Below, in pieces: positions 37,860 to 47,527 of a stretch of 64,000 nucleotides of DNA. Numbering within the stretch: the first letter of the stretch is position 1; every line of letters begins with the position of its first letter. Location: contig CAZIGK010000006.1 of the NCBI GenBank assembly GCA_964538615.1, positions 3,935 to 67,934 on the forward strand, given 5' to 3'. The DNA comes from an uncultured Rickettsiales bacterium (lineage in GTDB: Bacteria; Pseudomonadota; Alphaproteobacteria; Rickettsiales; RI-342). The position numbers were made by a program, and so were the translations under genes. The notes beneath the pieces were generated by a model. That model had not been told where the DNA came from. It searched no databases and was given only the letters and a program-made list of their open reading frames with translations.

Positions 37860-38265
37860 GAAACTCTCCTCAGAAAATGGGGCATGCATAGCGGTATAGA
37901 ATGGAATAATGCAAGGAATGTCAAGGCACGAAAACACCCCGCCTGCTATTGAGCGGCTATTTTACGGGGTATGATGCAGGAAAAGCACGCTGGGGGTTCT
38001 GACTGACTGTGCAGATATGACGGCAAAAGGATTATTGCACATTCAAAATATGCCTCGCCATTGGCACAAAGGCCATGACCTATCTTGGAAGATACTGCCT
38101 GGGTTCAACCACCATTGAGTGGAGAATGTGGCGAATATGCTGGATTTCGAGAACCGGAAGTTGCCGTGTACTTAAAAACGCACATGAAAGCCGGAAGCGC
38201 AGACATTCAGCATGTGCAACACATAATAGTAGAATTTGACGACACTATCTAAAGAGTGACTGAAC

Positions 38266-38985
38266 CTAGGCAACCATCACATGCTGAGCCGCAGGTGCAG
38301 CATGGTGGGTGGTTCTTTTCAGACGCCAACGCTCAAACAGACGCGATAGACTGTGGCGTACATCTCCATGCTGGGCAGCCAGCACTTGCTGAATCTCCTC
38401 CGGCAGGTAGGCGTGTTCCGGCAAGGACTGCGAAGCCAGTTGCCGACACATGGCACGCGGCAACAAGGCAAGGCGAACCAGCACCATGGCCAATGCATAG
38501 AACGAACGTCTTTCCTTATGATAGGGAATAGAGGTCAATGCCTGCTGTAATTGCCCTAACTGCCAGTGCAGGCGACCGATAATATCCTGCTCCACTTGCC
38601 GGGCAGGAAAAGGCAGGCGTGGCAAATCCATACTGGCACGCAGGGAAACATGGGCTGTCTCCGCCATATCCTGTAGTAGATTTAACAGTTCATCCGCTTC
38701 CAGATTCAGACGGGCAACATGCTCCAGATAGCGCGTGACCTCCTGCAGAAGGGTCAGGCCAGCGGCCCAGCTTTCCAACGTCACATCCGTTGCGTTTTCC
38801 GTTGCGGTGCAAGAGGTATTGCCGCTATCCCCCGCTTCACGCAGCCACCATTGCGCTGCGTCTTGTCGCATCAGGACAGCCGACAGGGTTTTATACTCTT
38901 TGTCTAAAGAATAGCGTAGCATTATCTTATCCAGTACCGAAGCTTTATTAGGCCTATAACACGCATTACGTAACCAGTCACTCAT
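38266..38985 (-). CDS. Hypothetical protein
   Basis: Open frame with no recognisable motif. The start is uncertain (ATG at 38985 or 38922; the track ORF reaches 39078). It is flanked by about 300 bp of visibly AT-richer non-coding DNA on both sides. Confidence 0.4.
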   Translation of the reverse strand: MSDWLRNACYRPNKASVLDKIMLRYSLDKEYKTLSAVLMRQDAAQWWLREAGDSGNTSCTATENATDVTLESWAAGLTLLQEVTRYLEHVARLNLEADELLNLLQDMAETAHVSLRASMDLPRLPFPARQVEQDIIGRLHWQLGQLQQALTSIPYHKERRSFYALAMVLVRLALLPRAMCRQLASQSLPEHAYLPEEIQQVLAAQHGDVRHSLSRLFERWRLKRTTHHAAPAAQHVMVA

Positions 38986-39102
38986 CTTATAGGATATGAA
39001 AAGGCATACCACCCAACCATGACAATTGTGTGACAATGCCATTTCTTGCACAAAAAAACACCAAAAAATGCGTAACAATCTATTTTGATAAATATTTTCA
39101 CG

Positions 39103-39113
39103 TTAAGAATCTG
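39103..39113 (+). promoter_or_regulatory. TTAAGAATCTG, first copy (contains GANTC)
   Basis: An exact 11-mer repeated at 39298-39308 in the divK upstream region. Confidence 0.3.
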
Positions 39114-39297
39114 TCGTATTCTCGGACAATGGGGTGGTTTGTATGGCGGTTACCTATCTGGTTTCTTAATCCAGCTGCGCGACAGATGATTCCTTCTTTT
39201 TTAGCCAGCCATGCACCACCGCTGGTGCACAATGCGGGTTGTAAGCAAATCTTAATAGCTCTCCGTTAGCTATAGTATCATTGCCTGTTATGGGACT

Positions 39298-39308
39298 TTA
39301 AGAATCTG
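39298..39308 (+). promoter_or_regulatory. TTAAGAATCTG, second copy (contains GANTC)
   Basis: Exact repeat of 39103-39113, about 90 nt upstream of the divK ATG. Confidence 0.3.
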
Positions 39309-39395
39309 ATGACCCTGCACATGCAATAAGTGGCACACGCAAAACCCAATCATTTCAGGTCTATGCCACGGGACGGAATGCAAGGATAGGTACCA

Positions 39396-39839
39396 ATGGC
39401 CAAGATTGTCATTGTGGAAGATAATGAGCTGAATCTAAAGCTTTTCAAAGATTTGTTGGAAGCCCATGGGCACGTGACCTTTGAGACGCGCAGTGGGCAT
39501 GATGCCATTCCGTTGATACGCCTGCGTCAGCCGGATTTAGTACTGATGGATATTCAACTGCCGGAGGTATCGGGGCTGGAAATTACTCGCCAAATGAAAG
39601 CGGATGGGCAATTGGCGCATATTCCGGTGATTGCCGTGACCGCCTTTGCCATGCGCGATGATGAAGAAAAAATCATGAAAGCCGGTTGTGAAGGCTATGT
39701 TTCCAAGCCGATTTCCATTGGACCCTTTATTGAACTGGTACATAAGTTTTTAGCGACCGCCGCACAAACATCCACGATGGGTGACAGTGCCACATCTGCC
39801 TCGTCCCATGTGGAAAAACCAGCGGGGAGCCTGAAATGA
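39396..39839 (+). CDS. divK: Single-domain response regulator DivK
   Basis: [26 protein letters not shown]…[15 protein letters not shown]…[26 protein letters not shown] closely matches Caulobacter DivK as I remember it. It has about 20 extra S/T/A-rich residues at the C-terminus, and its stop overlaps the pleD ATG (ATGA). Confidence 0.85.
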   Translation: MAKIVIVEDNELNLKLFKDLLEAHGHVTFETRSGHDAIPLIRLRQPDLVLMDIQLPEVSGLEITRQMKADGQLAHIPVIAVTAFAMRDDEEKIMKAGCEGYVSKPISIGPFIELVHKFLATAAQTSTMGDSATSASSHVEKPAGSLK

Positions 39840-42800
39840 CCGCGCAGATTCTGGTTGTTGATGACTTAGAGCCAAACGTCAAACTGCTGGAAGCTAAACT
39901 GCAGGCGGAATATTATGACGTGATTACGGCGATGGATGGTTTTCAGGCCATTGAGCAAGCCAAGAAATTTTCCCCGGATATTATTCTGCTGGATGTGATG
40001 ATGCCGCAGATTGACGGGTTTGAAACCTGTCGTCGTCTGAAGGCGGATCCCGCAACTGCACATATTCCGGTCGTCATGGTGACGGCTTTATCTGACCCGT
40101 CCGACAGGATTCAGGGGTTGCAGGCAGGGGCAGATGATTTTATCACCAAGCCGATTAAGGAAGTGCAGCTGCTGGCGCGGGTGCGGTCGCTGGTGCGCAT
40201 TAAAATGCTGATTGATGAATTGCGTCTGCGCGGGGAGACCTCCAGCCAGTTGGCCGGTATTAGCGGAGAGGATCTGGAAGCGCTGATGGATATCACCGGT
40301 GAGCATATTCTGCTGGTGGATGATGATATTGTGCAGAGCCGACAGGTGATTGAATCGCTGGAGCAGCAAGGATTGCTGGTGAGCCATATCTCCGAGCCGG
40401 AAGAATGTGTGGCTGCGGCCATGCAGGGGGAGTATGACATGTTCATTATCTCCACCCAACTGGCGGATATGGATGGTCTGAGGCTGTGTTCGCAATTGCG
40501 TTCCAACGATAAAACACGCTATGTGCCGCAATTGATTATGGTGGATGAGGATGACGAGCGATCCATCATTAAAGGGTTGGAAATGGGGGTGAATGACTAT
40601 TTGGTCAACCCGATTGATTTGAACGAGATGATCTGCCGGGTGCGTACCAACCTGCGGCGTAAAAAATATCAGGACGCATTGAAGAGCAATTACCGCAAAA
40701 GCGTCTCCATGGCGATTACCGACAGCCTGACCGGGCTGTATAACCGTCATTACCTGAATGCCCACCTGGAAAAACTGGTACGTCACGCGCATGATAAATC
40801 CAAACCTCTTGCGTGCCTGATGCTGGATATGGACCATTTCAAATCCGTCAATGATACCTACGGCCATGATGTGGGGGATGAAGTACTGAAGGAGCTTTCC
40901 CGCCGCATTGTTGGGCAGACCCGTTCGTCTAATCTGGTGGCACGCTTTGGCGGGGAAGAATTTGTGGTTCTACTGCCGGGGGCGGATATTACGGTCGCAC
41001 GGGAAATTGCCGAACGGATCAGGCAAGCAGTTGAAATTGTGCCCTTTACCATCAGTCACCCGCAAGGGCCGATTAACAAAACTCTCTCCATTGGGGTAGC
41101 TGCACTGCGCCTGAATGACCCGAAAGATACCGGCGAATCCATGATGAAGCGCGGGGATGAGGCGCTGTATCAGTCCAAGCATCAAGGGCGTAACCGAGTG
41201 ACCATTGCGGAAGATGACGCATTATTATCTTCCAGTTTTTCTGCGGCACATCTGATGGATGAAGAGAAAGAGCAGGCAGCAATGTCTTCTCATGAGCCTA
41301 CTCTGGCACTGGATGAGCAAAACCCGATTTCTTCTGCTTTTACGCCGGGACGCTCCCCGGAGCAGCATCGCGTCGCAAAAACGCAGGATGTGCTGTATCA
41401 GCCCGGTATTATTGAAACCGCTGCCTATGCAGAACATGAGGAAGAAGATGCATCCGCTATGACCGCTTTGTCCGGCTTTTCCTCCCTTGCGGCACCTGCC
41501 CCGGTTCAGCCCTTACAGGGGACACTTTCCCCGCAGGCAACACCGGGTGAAGCACCACTAGCAAGCGGTAGAGAGCCTGTGAATCCGTTTGCGGTTTTGC
41601 CTCCTCCTCCCACAACAACGCCTTCTGTCCGTACAGTGGAAGCAGCCCACGGCTATCGGGCAGACCCGTACGCCAGCTCGGATACAGCCCCCCTTACCCA
41701 GCCACAGAGCAACCTGTTTGGGGTGGGACTGGATGTGCGGGATATTCCGGATACTCCATCCGCTGGCATGTCTTTTTCCTCCCTGCCTGTAGGCACGGAA
41801 GCCTCTACCGCATCGAAAACACTATCAGACGCTATAACCGCCACACCATCCGAAATGGAGCGAGGTGTGCCCTTGCCCTCTACCCCGCCCATGGCTTCAC
41901 CCATTGCTTCATCCACTCTTTCCGGGCAGGCGGAACCTGAGGCAGAGCTGGATGATTGGCCAGCACCAGAGGCGCCTATGGCGTCTGCTGCCTCATCGCT
42001 GCAAGCTGATGATATGGGGTATCTCTCCTCACGTATGCCACGCCCCCGTGAACTGGAGTTTGACACAGAGGATGCGGAACTTACCATGGCACCGGATGAT
42101 GTTGTTCTGGGTATCTCTCCCGCACGGTTCAAAGCGGAGAAGGAAGAGCCTGCCGGATTATTTGGCAAGCTGGTTGGCGGATTATTTGGCCGCAAAAAAC
42201 CAGAAGTGGCAGAAAATCACCCTGTTTCGGCTACCCCTCCACCACGGCCACCGGGAGTACCGACCGCAGACATGGCAATGGTCAGCAAGGCATCCGCTAT
42301 CCCGGTACGTCCGGCATCGGCGGTGACACCTTACACAGCCGATAGTTCTGCGAACCTTGAAGATACAGAGGATGACGGATTTGATCTCTCCCCGCCCTGG
42401 GCCAAAAGCCCCAAAGAAGCGTTGACAAGGCAGGCTGCAACCGCAACAGAACCTACATCCGTATCTTCCACAGAGGCATCACCTGTCGGACACACGCCAG
42501 AAACATCCGTGATAGGAAATGCGGAACCTGCGGTTGCTGCACCGGATGCAGAAACGGTGAACATGCCTGTCCCGCCGCACATACCTGATACAACCGAAGT
42601 GGTAGCTCCTGTCCTGCCGGAGGCTCTGCCCCCCTTGGATGCACACTCCCATCCGGCTATTTCTTCCCCCAGCTTGCCGGAAGCTGCGTCATATACGGCC
42701 ACAGAAAGCCCTATGCCCGCACCCGTAGCGGCCACCGCTCCTCCCCCTCCTCCTACAGCGGTTACTTCTCCCTTTGCCAGCCCGTTTCCATTGACAGAAA

Positions 42801-43486
42801 TGGCACTGGATAACCCGTTCGATACCGAAATACAGCCGCCCTTACGCGAACCTGAAGCTGAAGACATCACGCAGAAGCCAGAGACCACCCGTGATGCCGC
42901 ATTAGATTTTGCCAAAGACTGGGTGTTGGAACTGGATCAGCCGGGAACCGGGGGAGCCGTACCCAATCCATCACCAGAACCGACAGCGTTTACGCCAGCC
43001 GTGGAAACAGTGCATCCACCTACCCTGACACCTGACCCGGCACCTGCCGTGACACCCGCATTATCACCTGCCGTTAGCCCCACTTTGCCGGAAACCCCCG
43101 CAACTGTATCTCCTGTCGAACATCCTGTATCACCATTTGCGCCCCCTCTCCCGGTCGCTGCAACGGCAGAAACTACGCCGATGCATACAGAACCCGCAGC
43201 CGATGCAGGTGCACGGAACCCCTTTACGGTGAGTACCAATACAGCCACACATACCACCCCGAATGGCCTGCTGTTTGGCAGTCAGGTACACGCCCCCGCT
43301 ATTACGGCAGAGCCGCCAGTATCGCCTGTTCAGCCACAAGAGCAGCGTTCCACCCAAGCTCCGGTGAGCAATGTGTTTGGTATTTTGCCCGGTGGTGATG
43401 CGCACAATCCATTTGCGGAATCCGCAGAAGCGTTGGCGCGCCGCGCCGCCAGTTACCATGGAAAACCATCCCATGAAGAGGAATGA
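39836..43486 (+). CDS. pleD: PleD-type diguanylate cyclase (REC-REC-GGDEF) with a roughly 755-aa low-complexity C-terminal extension
   Basis: REC1 has the acceptor Asp (IILLDVMMP). REC2 is a pseudo-receiver ([13 protein letters not shown]). The GGDEF domain has an intact GGEEF (40949-40963). From about aa 462 onward the sequence is P/A/S/T/E-rich, running to the stop at 43484-43486. Confidence 0.8.
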   Translation: MTAQILVVDDLEPNVKLLEAKLQAEYYDVITAMDGFQAIEQAKKFSPDIILLDVMMPQIDGFETCRRLKADPATAHIPVVMVTALSDPSDRIQGLQAGADDFITKPIKEVQLLARVRSLVRIKMLIDELRLRGETSSQLAGISGEDLEALMDITGEHILLVDDDIVQSRQVIESLEQQGLLVSHISEPEECVAAAMQGEYDMFIISTQLADMDGLRLCSQLRSNDKTRYVPQLIMVDEDDERSIIKGLEMGVNDYLVNPIDLNEMICRVRTNLRRKKYQDALKSNYRKSVSMAITDSLTGLYNRHYLNAHLEKLVRHAHDKSKPLACLMLDMDHFKSVNDTYGHDVGDEVLKELSRRIVGQTRSSNLVARFGGEEFVVLLPGADITVAREIAERIRQAVEIVPFTISHPQGPINKTLSIGVAALRLNDPKDTGESMMKRGDEALYQSKHQGRNRVTIAEDDALLSSSFSAAHLMDEEKEQAAMSSHEPTLALDEQNPISSAFTPGRSPEQHRVAKTQDVLYQPGIIETAAYAEHEEEDASAMTALSGFSSLAAPAPVQPLQGTLSPQATPGEAPLASGREPVNPFAVLPPPPTTTPSVRTVEAAHGYRADPYASSDTAPLTQPQSNLFGVGLDVRDIPDTPSAGMSFSSLPVGTEASTASKTLSDAITATPSEMERGVPLPSTPPMASPIASSTLSGQAEPEAELDDWPAPEAPMASAASSLQADDMGYLSSRMPRPRELEFDTEDAELTMAPDDVVLGISPARFKAEKEEPAGLFGKLVGGLFGRKKPEVAENHPVSATPPPRPPGVPTADMAMVSKASAIPVRPASAVTPYTADSSANLEDTEDDGFDLSPPWAKSPKEALTRQAATATEPTSVSSTEASPVGHTPETSVIGNAEPAVAAPDAETVNMPVPPHIPDTTEVVAPVLPEALPPLDAHSHPAISSPSLPEAASYTATESPMPAPVAATAPPPPPTAVTSPFASPFPLTEMALDNPFDTEIQPPLREPEAEDITQKPETTRDAALDFAKDWVLELDQPGTGGAVPNPSPEPTAFTPAVETVHPPTLTPDPAPAVTPALSPAVSPTLPETPATVSPVEHPVSPFAPPLPVAATAETTPMHTEPAADAGARNPFTVSTNTATHTTPNGLLFGSQVHAPAITAEPPVSPVQPQEQRSTQAPVSNVFGILPGGDAHNPFAESAEALARRAASYHGKPSHEEE

Positions 43487-44153
43487 TGCGGCCATTCAGG
43501 CCAATGGCTTACGCTACCATGAGGCCATGGCACGTTGTGGTGTGATACAAACCCCGGCTTATGGCACATTACCGCTGGAAGAGCGTGCCCTGATGCTGGC
43601 GGGTGTGTTACCATTTCAGGTGAACCCTGCGGAGGGAGAGGCACAGTTTCTTATCATGCGCCCCAAGGCCAAACATGCGCATCTTCCCCCTCCTGAGTTA
43701 CAGCTTTGCAAAGGCACGCGCATGTGCCGGGATAGCCAGAGCCACCAATGGAGAGACATCACAGACGCTGAATTGCCATTGGCAGCGAGTACAGATGCCG
43801 AGCCGCTGGCGGTCACCGCCCTACGGGAAGGGCACGAAGAACTGGGATTGCTGCCGGAAAATATTGCGGGCATCTATGCGCTGGGTGTGCATGCTTTTCA
43901 AGCCAATAGTGGCAAGCAAAAAACCATGATGCTGTATGGGGTGACCCTGAAAGATACTGCGGCCTTTATCCCCCCCTGCGAGATACTGGCAGCAACACAG
44001 GAGACGCGCTGGCTATCCATGGCAGATGCTATGCAGCTCATGCGCAAGGAACATGCGGTGCTGCTGCCGTCTCTGGTGAGGTCTTTACACGCGGTTATGC
44101 CTGAACTTGCGTCGGTTCTGCACGGCGTTGACGGGCTGCACCCCACCCGATAA
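43473..44153 (+). CDS. Nudix-family hydrolase
   Basis: Near-complete Nudix box: E-PLAVTAL-REGHEELGL (Ex7REUxEExGU). The start is the ATG at 43473 or 43458; both overlap the pleD 3' end in another frame. Confidence 0.6.
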   Translation: MKRNDAAIQANGLRYHEAMARCGVIQTPAYGTLPLEERALMLAGVLPFQVNPAEGEAQFLIMRPKAKHAHLPPPELQLCKGTRMCRDSQSHQWRDITDAELPLAASTDAEPLAVTALREGHEELGLLPENIAGIYALGVHAFQANSGKQKTMMLYGVTLKDTAAFIPPCEILAATQETRWLSMADAMQLMRKEHAVLLPSLVRSLHAVMPELASVLHGVDGLHPTR

Positions 44154-44200
44154 ACTATGTATTGGGCGTTTATTGTTGTTGAACATAAGGAATTATAAAT

Positions 44201-44488
44201 ATGGCTCGCCTTTCTTTCATGCTTCCTGCTGCTTTAGCTGTGCTGGGTCTGGCAGCCTGTGCCAAGTCCTTACCAACCCCGCAGGTACAGCAGCCGGATG
44301 ATGTATATATGACCTGCCGCCAACTGGTGGATGGCATGCGTGAGATGAAAGATGCCGCCGCAGAGCAGAAATGGAAAAACCGGGAGTTTGCCAATTACGC
44401 GCTGGACCGGCGAAATCATTTACGGCAGGTGTACCTGAAGAAGGGTTGCAATAACCATGATTATTGGTTGGATGATGTGGCGCGCTAG
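44201..44488 (+). CDS. Small putative lipoprotein
   Basis: Lipobox LGLAAC after a hydrophobic N-terminus; 95 aa; no other motif. Confidence 0.5.
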   Translation: MARLSFMLPAALAVLGLAACAKSLPTPQVQQPDDVYMTCRQLVDGMREMKDAAAEQKWKNREFANYALDRRNHLRQVYLKKGCNNHDYWLDDVAR

Positions 44489-44493
44489 GTATC

Positions 44494-44913
44494 TCAGGCC
44501 ATCGCTTTTGATAATTGTTGGATTTTTTCCACCATGGCATACAGGCCATTGCTGCGGCTTGGGCTTAAAAAGCTTTTCAAATCCAACTGTTGTAGCGTAG
44601 CATCTATCTCCAGCGTTAGAGCCTGATGCGGGGTGAGGCCGTTGTATAGCCCCAACAAAATAGCCACCAGACCTTGCACCAGTTGGGCATCACTTTGTCC
44701 ACGCAGGCTGAGGGTACCATCCGCTGCACGATCCGGCACCAGCCAGACCTGCGAGGTACAGCCACGCACTTTATATTCTTCGCGCTGTTCTTCCGCACTT
44801 AGCGGAGGCAAGCCGCGCCCCAGTTCAATCAGATAGGCGTAGCGGTCTTCCCAGTCATCGAAGAAGGCAAAGCGTTCTACCAGTTCCTGCGGGGTGAAGT
44901 GTGGCATGGGCAT
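44494..44913 (-). CDS. sufE: Cysteine desulfuration protein SufE
   Basis: FFDDWEDRYAYLIELG… and VRGCTSQVWL. The start is probably the ATG at 44913. Confidence 0.85.
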   Translation of the reverse strand: MPMPHFTPQELVERFAFFDDWEDRYAYLIELGRGLPPLSAEEQREEYKVRGCTSQVWLVPDRAADGTLSLRGQSDAQLVQGLVAILLGLYNGLTPHQALTLEIDATLQQLDLKSFLSPSRSNGLYAMVEKIQQLSKAMA

Positions 44914-45062
44914 ACCCGTGTTATGTGGTGTATGGAGGATACAGATCACGCGTTTGTGCGCATGACCAGCCCTGTAGCATCAGGGTTTACGTGACATGAT
45001 TGAAGAAGCACGTTAACCATTGGATACTGTTACCGGATAACCGGATGCAAGTGAAGGATGAA

Positions 45063-45530
45063 ATGCGCATATTGATGGTATGTTTAGGGAATATCTGCCG
45101 CTCCCCAACGGCGCAAGGCGTGATGGAAGCACTGGCGCAACAGGCGAATCTGCCGCTGGAGGTGGATTCTGCGGGCACCTATGGCGGCCATGCAGGCGAG
45201 CGCCCGGATAGCCGCAGCCAACAGGCAGCCCGTTTGCGCGGGTATGATCTCTCAGGGCAGCGTGCACGCCAGATTCAGCGTCAGGATTTTTACCGGTTTG
45301 ATCTCATCTGCGCGATGGATACCAGCAATTTGCGCAATATTCAGCAGCTTTGCCCGGCGGATGGAACGGCCGAACTACGCCTGCTTGGGGAATATAGCCA
45401 GCAATGGTACGGTCAGCCGATACCCGACCCGTATTATGGTGGTGCGTCAGGTTTTGATGATGTGCTAAACCGGGTGGAAGATGCGTGCCGTGGTATTGTA
45501 GAGCGATTACAAAAAGGACAGGCGTTATGA
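45063..45530 (+). CDS. Low-molecular-weight protein tyrosine phosphatase
   Basis: MRILMVCLGNICRSPTAQG (CX5R(S/T) P-loop) and the DPYY motif; 155 aa. Confidence 0.85.
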   Translation: MRILMVCLGNICRSPTAQGVMEALAQQANLPLEVDSAGTYGGHAGERPDSRSQQAARLRGYDLSGQRARQIQRQDFYRFDLICAMDTSNLRNIQQLCPADGTAELRLLGEYSQQWYGQPIPDPYYGGASGFDDVLNRVEDACRGIVERLQKGQAL

Positions 45531-45760
45531 GCGAGGCGATTATTCCCATTCCACCAGAGCGACTGGAGCCGGAAACCCTGCAAGCCGTGATTGAGGAGTT
45601 TATTCTGCGAGAAGGTGCTGAACACGGCGCGGAAGACACTCCCCTCCCCGTGAAAGTAGAGCAGGTGCGCAAACAACTGGCCAAAGGGACGGCGGTGCTG
45701 GTGTATCATCTGGAAGAAGAGACGGTGCGTATTGTGCCTGCGCATGCATTGCCACGATAA
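45527..45760 (+). CDS. YheU/UPF0270-like small protein
   Basis: 77 aa. MSEAIIPIPPERLEPETLQAVIEEFILREG… resembles the YheU family. ATGA overlap with the upstream phosphatase gene. Confidence 0.55.
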   Translation: MSEAIIPIPPERLEPETLQAVIEEFILREGAEHGAEDTPLPVKVEQVRKQLAKGTAVLVYHLEEETVRIVPAHALPR

Positions 45761-45793
45761 TACGCACCTCGCTCATTCCATGCACATGGCCTA

Positions 45794-47365
45794 TCAGGCA
45801 GCCTGCTGGGTAACAGGCTTCGCGTGGGTAGATTCCCGCGTGCCGAGGTCTGCCAAAGCTGCATCCAGATCAAATGGTGTGAGTTCCGGCTGTTGTTGTT
45901 GCAGTTGAGCAATCTCCGCAGCGAATGCTTCTGTATCGTCGGTTACTTCCAGAATAGAGGGCATTTCCACGGCATGACGCAAGCGCCACAGATCTGCCAG
46001 ACGGGATAGTGTATAATCCACGATGGAGGCGGAATGCTGCGCAGGTGGGGTCAGAATGGCATCCACCTGTTCTGCCAGTGCATCACGCATGGCATCATTG
46101 AGGGGCAGGGAAACCCATGCGTCCGTCATGCGGGTGGGTTCCGGCAATTGCAGGGTCAGGCATTCCTCCCGGAAGCGCTCCATCAGGCCGACCAGCTCTT
46201 CGCTATAGAGAGAAACCATGGCACGACGAACCGCGGCAGTATCCCCCTGTAAGATAGCGTTTACCTCCTGCACAGCAGGTTGCAAATATGCCATTTGATG
46301 AGCACGGCCGAATTCCGCCTCCGTACCGGATGTGACCTTTTGTTCCGCAAGACGTGTCCATATGGTTTGCAGACGATCCGCATAATGGCTTGGGTTGTGG
46401 GAGAATTTTACCATATCCGCCAGCACTTCCAGCCCGACATCCGCACGTGAATAGCCCTGCCTACTGGCGTAGGCTTTGTCCGTTATGGCGACGTAGGTTT
46501 TAGCGAATCGGTTATGCTGACCGCCAATATCTTTGGCGATAGGATTATACATGGGTTTGGCCAACCAGTCTTTTATCGCATTCTGGTATTCTGGCAGCGC
46601 ACTGAAACGCTCTTCCCCATATGCCTGTTCACCCAACAGTTGATCCGCCCGGTGGGTAAGTTCCTCGACCAGCGTATCCGGCGCTTCTGTACCGCGTAAG
46701 GAGGTAATGATGGCACCGTTGAATGGCATTTGTACCCCCAGATACATGCCGTTTTCCAACATCGCATGATCCAGCTCTTCAAAATAGGTCGTAATGGTGT
46801 GACGATTGAGCAATACCAGCGGTGCAGCCTCTAACACCGCAGCTTGCTGCAAAAACTCAGGAAGTTTTGCCAGCATACGGCGGGTTTGACGTTTGGGATC
46901 ACCCACCGCCTGATCCAGATGGCTGAGTGGTTCCTGAGTATATTCCCGCCCGTTACGCTCATGATGACGGCGTGCCGCACGCAAAGCCGCCACTTCATCA
47001 TGCAGGGCATCTGCTTCGGTTTGATGGGTAGCCGGGTTGGGATTGGCACGTGACCAGTCCTGCGCCATGGCGTAGAATGTATCTGAACCCAGTTGCTGTA
47101 TCTGTTCCAGCCATGCCTGCTCTGTCGCGGAAGCCCCCCATTGTTCCTGCTGGCGTTGCATCCAGTTCAACTGGCGGTCAATTAACGCGGTAATGGCAGG
47201 TTCACGCTTGCCTTCTGCATCATCCGGAATCAGGAGTAACGGTGCGGATTGACCATCTCCTGTGCCAAGAGGGTCCCGCGAAATAAAATAATAGCCGTCC
47301 ATATGTTCGTGAACATACAAGACCTCCGTATGCTGCATGACCGCAGCGGGGGTGCGCTTTGCCAT
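45794..47365 (-). CDS. Hypothetical protein (523 aa)
   Basis: Long uninterrupted ORF with no signal peptide and no motif I recognise. Confidence 0.5.
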   Translation of the reverse strand: MAKRTPAAVMQHTEVLYVHEHMDGYYFISRDPLGTGDGQSAPLLLIPDDAEGKREPAITALIDRQLNWMQRQQEQWGASATEQAWLEQIQQLGSDTFYAMAQDWSRANPNPATHQTEADALHDEVAALRAARRHHERNGREYTQEPLSHLDQAVGDPKRQTRRMLAKLPEFLQQAAVLEAAPLVLLNRHTITTYFEELDHAMLENGMYLGVQMPFNGAIITSLRGTEAPDTLVEELTHRADQLLGEQAYGEERFSALPEYQNAIKDWLAKPMYNPIAKDIGGQHNRFAKTYVAITDKAYASRQGYSRADVGLEVLADMVKFSHNPSHYADRLQTIWTRLAEQKVTSGTEAEFGRAHQMAYLQPAVQEVNAILQGDTAAVRRAMVSLYSEELVGLMERFREECLTLQLPEPTRMTDAWVSLPLNDAMRDALAEQVDAILTPPAQHSASIVDYTLSRLADLWRLRHAVEMPSILEVTDDTEAFAAEIAQLQQQQPELTPFDLDAALADLGTRESTHAKPVTQQAA

Positions 47366-47440
47366 AATATCATTATCCCTGTTATCATTTTGATATGTTT
47401 TTATGAGGAAAGATTAAGCAAGGCTAACCATCAACGCAAG

Positions 47441-47474
47441 AAAAAACCCTCCATGCCTGGCATAGAGGGTTTTT
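47441..47474 (-). terminator. Rho-independent terminator downstream of ompW
   Basis: AAAAAACCCTCCATGCC-T-GGCATAGAGGGTTTTT. A-run and T-run flank the stem. It lies 54 nt after the ompW stop on the minus strand. Confidence 0.7.
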
Positions 47475-47527
47475 CGTATCGGTCAGATCATCGGCCTGTG
47501 GCCTAAGATCTTGTAACACATGGACGA

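Noticed and set aside
38017-38118. 33-codon His-rich ORF (MTAKGLLHIQNMPRHWHKGHDLSWKILPGFNHH) in the non-coding stretch upstream of the lipoprotein gene
   Set aside because: It has no Shine-Dalgarno sequence and no recognisable family, and its length is consistent with chance. It is noted only because the 320-bp region is otherwise unexplained.
39079-39395. Full CtrA box (TTAA-N7-TTAA) upstream of divK
   Set aside because: Four TTAA sites are present, but none has a partner at N7 spacing. Only half-sites can be claimed.
40088-40867. 259-aa minus-strand ORF
   Set aside because: It is antisense to the REC/GGDEF region of pleD.
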